Shown here: positions 28,578 through 40,030 of the stretch, one piece after another
Layout of the letters: each line of letters begins with the position of its first letter
Numbering within the stretch: the stretch's first letter is position 1
From: Eledone cirrhosa
Taxonomy: Eukaryota
Assembly: GCA_964016885.1 (NCBI GenBank)
Contig: OZ024750.1
Coordinates: 19,220,001 to 19,284,000 of the forward strand
Direction: 5' to 3'
DNA: 64,000 nucleotides
Translations under genes and position numbers: made by a program
Notes under the pieces: generated by a model
Databases searched by the model: none
What the model was told of the DNA's origin: nothing
Seen by the model: the letters and a program-made list of their open reading frames with translations, nothing else

Positions 28578-28750
28578 ACTACTGGTAACCAGTACAACAT
28601 GTTGCGTGGCCAGGTCGTCGGCGATTAAACTGGCAACCATACCAACCCTGCTTGGTGAGGAGGGTGACTTTGGACATTCTGTGGTATGAAATGGAAAACG
28701 TATCAATGGGCGGAGGAAGTCATGAGAGTCAACGGCCATCCAATAGTGTG
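28578..28750 (-). mobile_element. Short interspersed repeat (~180 bp), possibly derived from an RTE 5' end
   Basis: Reverse complement of 58875-59052 (GGCCGTTGACTCT.ATGA..TCACCCTCCTCACCAAG..GTTGTACTGG..TTACCAGTAG); RTE link is inference. Confidence 0.7.
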
Positions 28751-29518
28751 TACATATATCTACATGTATATTTATTGTGCAGGGTTCTTTTATTATAACT
28801 ACTCAAAGACCTAGGAGAAGGTCATTGAGGGTGCTCAAAGTCACCGAGAAGGAAAGCTATAAACCCTGTATTCATTTTTGGTTGTCATATCACGGTGCAG
28901 AACCGAATAAACTCCGTGACAATAAAACAAGGTATCTCATCGCACACATGTGCACCGACCCTTTGCTTTCACCATATACAAAAAGTGCCGCCGCTCCTAC
29001 AAAAAATGGAAGACGAAGGGAAGAAACTCGATTCTCTCCCTATTTAAAGCGCTAAAAATGTTTCTTTGAAGGTGAGCTGAAGCGCTGGTAACACCATACT
29101 ACATGTTTGGATCACGTTTTGAAGACTATTTCTTCTTTTAAGTGTTTGCGTCTATGTTTAGAACTATAGCTGGAAGAAAGATCCGTCATTCTGTATTGGG
29201 TTGAAACGCCTGTCCCGATGTAAGGCCATAGCTTGAACCTTTTGATGTGTTTGCCAAGCTGGAAAGCCCTGTAGAAGTGTGATACCATGTGCAATCAAGG
29301 GTTTCTTTAACTCCACAAATCCACGTCTTCCAGCTCGGTCTTGCAAGCAGACATCTCTATTTTATGTGTACGATGAATTACCAAAACGGTTTATCTTCGT
29401 GTCACACAAAAGCTATAGCGTTGTTTTAATTACGGACAAGATATATAATTAATCAGAACTTCAGTTCTTCAGCCCTTCACCATTTTTCTTTATAATAAAC
29501 AATAATCACTTATGATAA

Positions 29519-29755
29519 AAGAATACGAAGAAGAAGAAGAAGAAGAAGAAGAAGAAGAAGAAGAAGAAGAAGAAGAAGAAGAATACGAAGAAGAAGAAGA
29601 AGAAGAAGAAGAAGAAGAAGAAGAAGAAGAAGAAGAAGAAGAAGAAGAAGAATACGAAGAAGAAGAAGAAGAAGAAGAAGAAGAAGAAGAATACGAAGAA
29701 GAAGAAGAAGAAGAAGAAGAAGCAGAAGAAGAAGAAGAAGAAGAAGAAGAAGAAA
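29519..29755. repeat. (GAA)n repeat with TAC interruptions
   Basis: Direct reading. Confidence 0.97.
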
Positions 29756-30169
29756 CATTTTTTAATTTTTTTTTTGTTTTAGGAAGTGTGACGACGTGCG
29801 TTAGAAAATTGATTGCCTTCGAACTGCAGAGAATGTCAGCTTAATAAATACCCAGCATGGTCTACATTTTTCTTGATTCTATTTCCAAGATAAATGTACT
29901 TGAGCAGAAAGATAACTTGGAGTAATTGCTGGAAAATGTCTTTTTACCTTTCATTTTCATGTTTTGATTGACTATTTTATAGTACTTTTAGTTTTCTTTT
30001 TCCTATATTTTATATTTTCTTCTTCTTCTTCTTCTTCTTCTTCTTCTCCTCCTCCTTTATGATCATCATCATGATCATCATGATCATCATCATCACCATC
30101 ATCATCATCTTCTTCTTCTTGAGAATTAAATAATCATCCGGTTACTAGATTAACCAAAGAATGGATTAG

Positions 30170-31130
30170 TTACAATTTGGGAGAAGGAGAAAGTCGATTA
30201 GATCAACCCCAGTACATTACTGGTGCTTTATTTCATCGACCCTGTATGTAAGGATGAAAGGCTAAAGGATGAAGCTAACCTCAACGGGATTTGAAATCAG
30301 AACCTAAAGAGCCGTAACTCTATGCCGCCAAACATGTTGTTTGACGCTCTTCCGACACTGCTAATCCACCGTAATAATAATAATGGTTTCTGATTTAGGC
30401 ACAAGGCCAGCAATTTTGAGGGAGGGGAAAGTCGATTAAATCGACTCCAGTACATTACTGGTACTTTTATTTTATCGAACCCGTAAGGATGAAAGGCAAA
30501 GCTAACCTCAGATCGTAACGTAAAGGGCCGAAACGCTATGCCATACAGCATGTTGTCTGACACTCTACCGATACTGCCAATAATAATAATAATAACTGTT
30601 TCTACTTTTGTCACAGGCCAGCAATTACCCTGGTGTATTACTGGTACTTTATTTTATCGAGGGCAAAGTTAACCTCGGCGGGATTTGAACTCAGAATGGC
30701 AAGGGCCGTAACTCTATGCGTCAAAGCATGGCGTCCGACCCTCTACCGATACTGCCAAATAATAATGGTTTCTTACATAGGCACAAGGCCAACAATTTTG
30801 GAGTAGAGGAAATTCGATTAAATCGAACCCAGTGTGTGACTGGTACTTTATTTTACGACCGCGTAAGGATGAAAGGCAAAGTTAACCTCAGACCATAAAG
30901 GGACGTAACTCTATGCTGTAAAGCCAATCCACCGCCCTTAATAATAATTGTTTCTACTTTTGGCACAGGGCCAGCAATTAACCCAGTGTATTACTGGTAC
31001 TTTATTTTATGGACCCCGTAAGGATGAAAGGCAAAGTTAACCTCGGCGGGATTTGAACTCAGACCACAAAGGGCCGTAACTCTTTGCTGCAAATCATGGC
31101 GTCCGGTCCGCTATCTACCGATACTGCCAA
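30170..31130 (-). mobile_element. Array of about 5 head-to-tail family A SINEs
   Basis: Repeated CTGGTACTTTATTTTATCGA..AAGGATGAAAGGCAAAG..CCGATACTGCCAA separated by (AAT)n. Confidence 0.9.
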
Positions 31131-31560
31131 ATAAATCACAATGATAAAATTCGCATTCTTATTATTATTACTCGTCTGTCAATATATTCGTTCTATGTGC
31201 TTTGCGTATATAAATATTACAGTTTTGGAGTTTTGTAATGAGAGAATAGTAAAAATAATAATAAATATAACAGACCAAAGTATATGAAGTAAAGCTATAC
31301 CTAGTAAAAAAAAAGCAAAACTATAAGCTCATTTTCTGACGGCATGCAAAATGACAGCTACTGAAATTCCCTCTAGGCATATAGCGAACAACGTTATATT
31401 GAATAACCTTACAGGTAATATTTTATGTGCTCTACATACATATATCTACACAACAATACAAACATACACACATATACACATATACATATATATATACACA
31501 TATACATATACATACATATACATATACATACATATACATACATATATAAATGTATGTATG

Positions 31561-31592
<32 letters not shown>

Positions 31593-31657
31593 CACATGCA
31601 TATGCACTCATATACGTCAGCTTACATATATGTATATATATATGTATATATATATAC

Positions 31658-31710
<53 letters not shown>

Positions 31711-31757
31711 TATATACATGAACACACACACACACACGTATATATAAATAATATATT

Positions 31758-31809
<52 letters not shown>

Positions 31810-31866
31810 GTATATATGTATTTGCGTTTGTGTGTGTGTATATATATGACTATACGTATAAGCATA

Positions 31867-32530
<664 letters not shown>

Positions 32531-32544
32531 ATATATATATATAT

Positions 32545-32625
<81 letters not shown>

Positions 32626-33154
32626 ATATATATATAAGCATAAATATAGATATTATACATATATATATGTATGTTGATGTATTTATACGTTCGTTTTAAG
32701 TAATGTTTAATCGCTTAATCTCACCCATGGGAAATCTCCAAGCTTGACAATCGGAAATATCTGAAAGTTTAATCTCGTACTAAATGACGTAATCCATGCA
32801 GAAAATTGAAGTTGTAAAATTAAAAAGATAAAACACAACAACAATATCAATCAATAATTCCTGGGGAAGCAGTAAAAAAACCCAAAAAAACATTAGGATT
32901 CTTTGAACAAAACACAACAAAAATTGTTATGAAAATGAGAAACGTAAATTAGAAACAACACCAACAAACATATAATTAAAAAAGATAGAGGAAGTAGCTG
33001 AATTGATTTGGTGAAACATGACAAAGAACTGAAGTGAATAACTAAAAAAGATAGCATTTAAGAAATATAGCATTGTTAGTATTGTTATTATTGTTCTGAT
33101 TTAATGCCACTACTATATATAGAAGCCATGCCTGTCTATTCCCTTTATTCTCGC

Positions 33155-33263
33155 AACCTCTGATGAATTGACTGGTTATAACTATGTATTGGTGATCGAT
33201 TGACGCAGGAACAGGCGAGTAGAGATACCTAGACCTACCAGTTCAGAGAAACAATTGTCAGCA
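33155..33263 (+). ncRNA. Hammerhead ribozyme motif with long stem II
   Basis: CTGATGA 33160-33166; TGACTGGT...ACCAGTTCA stem; GAAAC 33248-33252; palindromic ACAATTGT; GTC triplet 33257-33259; stem I only 2 bp. Confidence 0.6.
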
Positions 33264-33434
33264 ATGTGATTAAAGCCCTTATTGTATAGCAAACCGTGTC
33301 ACTCTTCTTTCTTGATTTATATGCATATTTATATGCATATTTATATGCATATTTATATGCATATTTATATGCATATACATATATATATATATACGTATAT
33401 ACATATATTTATATATATTTATATATATATATAC

Positions 33435-33625
33435 AGGGTCTTACTAGTTCCTATTACCCACTCTACTACCCTAAGTATTGAGTACTTGGTTCGTTATGGT
33501 CCACCTGGTTCCTTACCACATTTCCTTCGTTATCTAGCTCCTATCCCCGTAGTAGAGCACTTTCCGACCCTACCACGCCGTATCCAGACTTTTCCGCTAA
33601 GCTCAATTTCTTTCACCCGCACCAT
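33435..33625 (+). mobile_element. Family P1 fragment with extended tail, within (TA)n
   Basis: GGGTCTTACTAGTTCCTATTACCCACTCTACTAC...CCACATTTCCTTCGTTAT shared with 5990-6088. Confidence 0.8.
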
Positions 33626-33714
33626 GCATATATATATGTATACGATACATATTATATATATATATATATTTATATATATATACATATATGCATATACATA
33701 TATATAAACATATA

Positions 33715-35665
33715 CGCCCCCCCCCCATAAAACATATACGGACCTCACATAAAAAAACGGGGCACCCAAATAAAAAACGGGGCACCCAAATAAAAAACTG
33801 ACCCGCCCCCATAAAAAACGGGGCACCCAAATAAAAAACGCCCCCCCCCCCATAAAAAAACCGGGCACCCCCCAAAAAAACGGACCCCCATAAAAAACGG
33901 GGCACCCAAATAAAAAACGGGGCACCCAAATAAAAAACGGACCCCCCCATAAAAAAATGGGGCACCCAAATAAAAAACGGGGCATCCAAATAAGAAAACA
34001 ATTTTTAATGTTGGTGCCCCGTTTTTTATTTGGGTGCCCCGTTTTTTTATGGGGGGTCCGTTTTTTATTTGGGTGCCCAGTTTTTTATTTGGGTGCCCCG
34101 TTTTTTTATGGGAGGTCGGTTTTTTATTTGGGTGCCCCGTTTTTTTATGGGGGTTCCGTTTTTCATTTGGGTGCCCCGTTCTTTATTTGGGTGCCCCGTT
34201 TTTTATTTGGGTGCCCGTTTTTTTATGGGAGGTCGGTTTTTTATTTGGGTGCCCCGTTTTTTTATGGGGGTTCCGTTTTTCATTTGGGTGCCCCGTTCTT
34301 TATTTGGGTGCCCCGTTTTTTATTTGGGTGCCCGTTTTTTTTATGGTGGTTCCGTTTTTTATTTGGGTGCCCCGTTTTTTTATTTGGGTGCCCCGTTTTT
34401 TTATGGGGGGGGGGTCCGTTTTTTATTTGGGTGCCCCGTTTTTTTATAGGGGGGTCCCTTTTTTATTTGGGTGCCCCGTTCTTTTATGGGGGGGGGTCCG
34501 CTTTTTATTTGGGTGCCTCGTTTTTTCATGGGGGGGGGGGGGGGGGGGGCGTTTTTTATTTGGGTGCCCCGTTTTTTTATGGGGGGGCCGTTTTTTATTT
34601 GGGTGTCCCGTTTTTTAATGGGGGGTCCGTTTTTTATTTGGTTGCCCCGTTTTTTATGGGGGGGGGGGTCCGTTTTTTATTTGGGTGCCCCGTTTTTTAT
34701 TTGGGTGCGCCGTTTTTTATTTGGGTGCCCCGTTTTTTATTTGGGTGCCCCGCTTTTTTTATCGGGGGTCCGTCTTCTATTTGGGTGCCCCGTTTTTTAT
34801 TTGGGTGCCCCGCTTTTTTTTATCGGGGGTCCGTTTTCTATTTGGGTGCCCCGTTTTTTTATGGGGGGGGGTCCGTTTTTTATTTGGGTGCCCCGTTTTT
34901 TTATGGGGGGGGGGTCCGTTTTTTATTTGGTTGCCCCGTTTTTTTATGGCGGGGGTCCGTTTTTTATTTGGGTGCCCAGTTTTTTAATGGGGGGGGGGGT
35001 CCGTTTTTTATTTGGGTGCCCCTTTTTTTATTTGGGTGCCCCGTTTTTTTTATGGGGGGGCCGTTTTTTATTTGGGTGCCCCGTTTTTTTATGGGGGTGG
35101 TCCGTTTTTTATTTGGGTGCCCCGTTTTTGTATGGTGGGGGGCACCCAAATAAAAAACGGACCTCCTCCATAAAAAAACGGGGCACCCAAATAAAAAACG
35201 GACCCCGCCCATAAAAAAACGGGGCACCCAAATAAAAAACGGGGTACCCAAATAAAAAACGGACCCCCCCATAAAAAAACGGGGCACCCAAATAAAAAAC
35301 GGACCCCCCCCCCATAAAAAAACGGGGCACCCAAATAAAAAACGGACCCCCCCCATAAAAAAACGGGGCACCCAAATAAAAAACGGACCCCCCCATACAA
35401 AAACGGGGCACCCAAATAAAAAACGGGGCACCCAAATAAAAAACGGGGCACCCAAATAAAAAACGGACCCCCCCATAAAAAAACGGGGCACCCAAATAAA
35501 AAACGGACGCCCCCATAAAAAACGAGGCACCCAAATAAAAAACGGACCCCCCCATAAAAAAACAGGGCACCCAAATAAAAAACGGGGCACCCAAATAAAA
35601 AACGGACCCCCCCCATAAAAAAACGGGGCACCCAAATAAAAAACGGGGCACCCAAATAAAAAACG
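33715..35665. repeat. Satellite of two ~20-bp subunits (AAAAAACGGGGCACCCAAAT and AAAAAACGGACCCCCCCAT) in three blocks of alternating orientation
   Basis: A-rich 33715-33992, T-rich 34012-35138, A-rich 35139-35665. Confidence 0.97.
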
Positions 35666-36124
35666 CACCACATGTACAAATTGGAGACAGTATTTCCGCA
35701 GAGAACAGTTATCGATACTTGTTGCATCAACCATTCCATGCCACGGTGCGCCTTTTTGAGTCGTGAGGCTCTTCACCTGATTTTGTCAAGAAAAACGAAA
35801 GTCTGGACATCAAGGAAAATGGGAATTTACGTGTCGATTGACGCAAAAAGGAAACGGCTAAGCAATGTCTGGTATTTCGTAATGCGAATGTATCACCTGG
35901 ATTTATGGCCAAAATGATGAGAATTACACTATAAAAATAAATCTCGGAAATATGTAACGTATGTATGAGATTTAACTGAGAGAGATAATGTTTGTGATAG
36001 TGTTATAGAATGTATGTGTGTGTGTGTGTTTGTGTGTGCCTGTGTACGAGTGTGAATAGAAGTGAATAATGTGATAATTAATCTTTGATAGTTGGAATGA
36101 ATATAAGATAGCAGAGTGGGTGTT

Positions 36125-36400
36125 GTACATGCTAAGTTCCGGATTATCACTGAATAGAATTAAATTATCATCAGTTATGTTAGGTAGCAAGTAAAAAAAC
36201 TATGATGGTATGTAGGAAACACTTCTTGCGTCAGTAAAAAGAGAGAGGTTCATCTGGTTGGGTCACATATCCAGCCAAGCAAATTTGATAGCAAATTTGA
36301 AGGAAGTAGACGAACAAAATCAAAGCTCGAGAACATGAAGAACAAGATGAGTTATAATACGTGACCTTTCTGCACTTGGCGGAGGTCAGGTTAATGATGA
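36125..36400 (+). pseudogene. Highly decayed RTE LINE C-terminal fragment
   Basis: ETLLASVKRERFIWLGHISS resembles the RTE LL..VKRRKL.WFGHV.R pattern. Confidence 0.5.
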
Positions 36401-36936
36401 CTGCTAACTGACTGAAAAAATAGTTGGGAACATCATTGCTACACCAGCGACTGGAACTTCTTAATGAAATTCTCTTCTGAAAGACTTAGTTTATAGTTGA
36501 TTTCAGTAGACTGGTGGTGATATATTTCAGATAGACTGCTGTAGGTAAATGTTATATTTTTTATCCCTCAACTGCAGTTCATATTCCAATTGAATTTGGC
36601 GTTACATGGTTTTCCTCTTTCGCAATCGCATCCGCGTTCGGTTAATCAGAGGTTACATGAAATGCTTTATATTTAATACTCAACGGTAGATAACATTTTT
36701 TTGTCTATACCCTATAAGATCTGTAACTATCCATTTTACACATGAAGTAAATTAAGAATTTATTACGTGTGGAATCCAATACTTTAACTTAATTAGTAAA
36801 ATTTATGCCATGGGTCCTCGTAATATTCTTTGGCTCATTTCACTTTCAATTATATTATTTCATATATATATATATATATAAATATTTATTTGTATGAACA
36901 CACACAAATAAATAATATAACACACACACACATACA

Positions 36937-36998
<62 letters not shown>

Positions 36999-37564
36999 TG
37001 CCTGCACGGGTGTGTATATATATAGATGTATATATGTATGCATATTAAAAAAGAAATATAACGAATTAAGGGAAATAAAGAGACTAAAGTTGTGAAATTG
37101 GAAAATTTAGTTAAAAGTTGATGTACCGAATCTCGCACGCAATGAATTTCTAATATATTTAACTTTATCTCTCCGTTAGAGAAAATAAATAACAAAAACT
37201 AAAGTCTCCTTTCGAGAATCATGTAAATTAATTTCAGAACATTCCTTGAAATCATTTTCCTTATTTTTTGGGAAATGCCATTGCCACTAGGTTTTCTTTC
37301 TACAATTTAAAGAACAATTTATTTCAATATATTAACTTCACACGATTCCCAATGCATACAGACACAGGTATACATGCACATACACATACAAATGTTCAGA
37401 CAGATGCATACATGATCAATCATTCATTACAATACAACAGGCTGGCGCTCAGAGTGAGGCACATACACACACATTGACATATACACACCTATACACACAC
37501 ACACACACACACGTCCGACCAGAAATTAATGTAGACAGACATGTATTTAAGACCAGTCTTATTT

Positions 37565-37804
37565 TTTTCTTCTTCTTCTTCACCTACTTATTCCTGGGAG
37601 GTTCGTGAGGGCAGCATCCTCAAACACCCCCCTCCAGCGGGTCTTGTAAGAAGAAACCGTCTCCAATTGATCCAGCTGTAACCCCGATCGAGACTAGCCA
37701 AACTCATGGATGTTATCCAACCATGTTGTTCGGGGTCTACCCTTGGGTCTCCTGCCGGTTGGTTTTGCCCGTAAAATCTGTTCAGCGATACTTTCCTGAG
37801 ACAT

Positions 37805-37805
<1 letters not shown>
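37565..37805 (-). pseudogene. RTE LINE 3' end with (GAA)n tail
   Basis: MSQESIAEQILRAKPTGRRPKGRPRTTWLDNI..RWR, then GAAGAAGAAG tail. Confidence 0.85.
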
Positions 37806-37868
<63 letters not shown>

Positions 37869-38529
37869 ACTAGAGATTGATTAACATATAAATAAACATG
37901 AATAATCACAGGAGATAATTTTTACAAGTGTGTAACCACACATAGCTAGGTAGGTAACTAAATAAAGTTGACCAGAACTTCAAAAATAGATACCTTATAA
38001 TATGATTTATATAATATGATATATATAATATATATAATCAATTAAGTTAAAAATGTACATCTACATATGCATACTGAAATACTAGTGTGTATATGAATAC
38101 ACACATGTATACATATGCAGATGTAACAAGTCTTTCACTGGTTGCTTTACTGTGAGCAACTCAGCTATTCTGTATGTAAACACACAGACAAACCGGTTTT
38201 TAGAGTCATACTGGTTTTCGAGGAAACATCTTCCCTCTATTCTCCAGAAAGCCAGACAAGGAATATTGAACTAGTTTCGTTGTTGTTACAACTCATCAGC
38301 AATATTTACCTATCTACCGGCCTTTCTGGAGAATTGTAAAAGCACATATCGTTATATGCTTTTTCTATGAAAATTAGTAGTGGGCAGACTAATTTGCATA
38401 GAGTGTGAGTACGCACCGTTTGTGAGTACGCAACAATTTTAACTTAATTGTTTAAGCGTCAGTCATACAAAAGTGAGTTACAAACGAAACGAAATTTAAT
38501 TTCGTTTCGTTATTTGTTTTTAATATATA

Positions 38530-38604
<75 letters not shown>

Positions 38605-38660
38605 GTGATGCATTAAAACACAATTTATTAACATATTACAACAACTATATATATATATAT

Positions 38661-38858
38661 AGGTACGTTATTCCGGGTTGAATCGGAGGTAACCAAAGTA
38701 AGTAAGGTACTCAATACATTGCAGAGTATAAAAGTTTTCATATAGATGAGATTCTACAGGACTAGAACTGTTTCATTCTTTAGAAATCATCAGGAATCTC
38801 ATTTCTGATGATTTCTAAAGAATGAAACAGTTCTAGTCCTGTAGAATCTCATCTATAT
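38661..38858 (-). mobile_element. Fold-back element (family P2): 53-bp inverted arms with hammerhead, ~80-bp one-sided tail
   Basis: Arms 38741-38793 / 38805-38857; homologous copy at 63397-63567. Confidence 0.88.
38746..38802 (-). ncRNA. Type I hammerhead ribozyme with all three stems
   Basis: ATGAGATTC-CTGATGA-T-TTC-TAAA-GAA-T-GAAA-CAG-TTCTAGTC-CTG-TA-GAATCTCAT: 9-bp stem I, 3-bp stem II, 4-bp stem III, GUA triplet. Confidence 0.8.
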
Positions 38859-38959
38859 TAATATATATATATATATATATACATATATAGTTTTTGGAAT
38901 ATGTTAATAAATTGTGTTTTAATGCATCACTGATATATATATACCTATGTTTCATGAAA

Positions 38960-39019
<60 letters not shown>

Positions 39020-39279
39020 GCGTGCGTGTGTGTATGTATACGCGTATCTATCTATATATACATATAAATATAAATTAGCGAGAATCGTTTTCAGCTCAGG
39101 AATTAACGAAAATCAACGTCCGATATGTGTGGCAAGCGCTCGATGAATCATATGAATCAGAGCTACAACATACGTTAAGGGCCAAATACACTGAGATGAT
39201 GGTTAAACATATCATCCGCACAGCCAAAACAAAACGACCAAGTAATTCGGGTCAGACAATAAAAATATATGTGTTGATA

Positions 39280-39782
39280 CTTTCCCGGACCCTGGACTGA
39301 TGGTAAAATCCAGTATTGGTTTCTGCGACTCCAAATCAGGTACTGTCCGCCTACATAAAGAATGTTGGGCTTCTGGTGAGATGATGAACAAGGCAGTCGT
39401 GTTATCAACGGGTTTTGCTCCAAGATGCTATAGATAGTGTGGCTATTACTGACCCCTCGTGGGATTCAGCAGATATATATATGTTTGGTAAATATCATCT
39501 TGGTTAAGAGAGTGGGACTGGCTTTGTGCAGTGCCTTTGCTCACTATAAAAGCTTCATGGCACAGGCATTGCTTTATATCTGGAGATCTCTCTGCACTTG
39601 TCGTCACATGGTATCATGGGCCCAGCACTATGTATCAATAATTGTCACAAGTGTAGTGTTTGTACCAGAGTTTTCAAGACGCTGGCTGGACTAAAAAGTC
39701 ACACTCGTTCAGTGCATCGGTAGGGGTTCTCCTACATGGATATAAAGTAGTGGCCGTACTCGAAAACGAGTTAGCAGCCACC

Positions 39783-39784
<2 letters not shown>
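39280..39784 (+). mobile_element. Non-autonomous RTE-derived element: non-coding part fused to RTE zinc-finger C-terminus and 3' tail (5' boundary uncertain)
   Basis: 39622-39723 encodes ..[23 protein letters not shown], like RTE-BovB C-termini; tail TGGCCGTACTCGAAAACGAG; 39507-39572 homologous to reverse complement of 58530-58602. Confidence 0.65.
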
Positions 39785-39866
<82 letters not shown>

Positions 39867-39994
39867 GTATATATATATCTATATATATATATATATATAT
39901 ATACATATATATACATATATATATATATGTATATATATATATACATACATATATACAAACACACACGTACACACACACATACACACACACACAC

Positions 39995-40030
<36 letters not shown>

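Noticed and set aside
28900-29380. Possible Gypsy RT remnant (LDHVL..VCVYV)
   Set aside because: Similarity too weak; no catalytic DD visible
26897-29921. Plus-strand exon-like segments (26897-27123, about 28050, 29783-29921)
   Set aside because: Plausible splice sites but stops in all frames and no recognisable homology
33530-35776. ORFs up to 398 aa (FFIWVPRF repeats)
   Set aside because: Stop-free satellite, open in all frames
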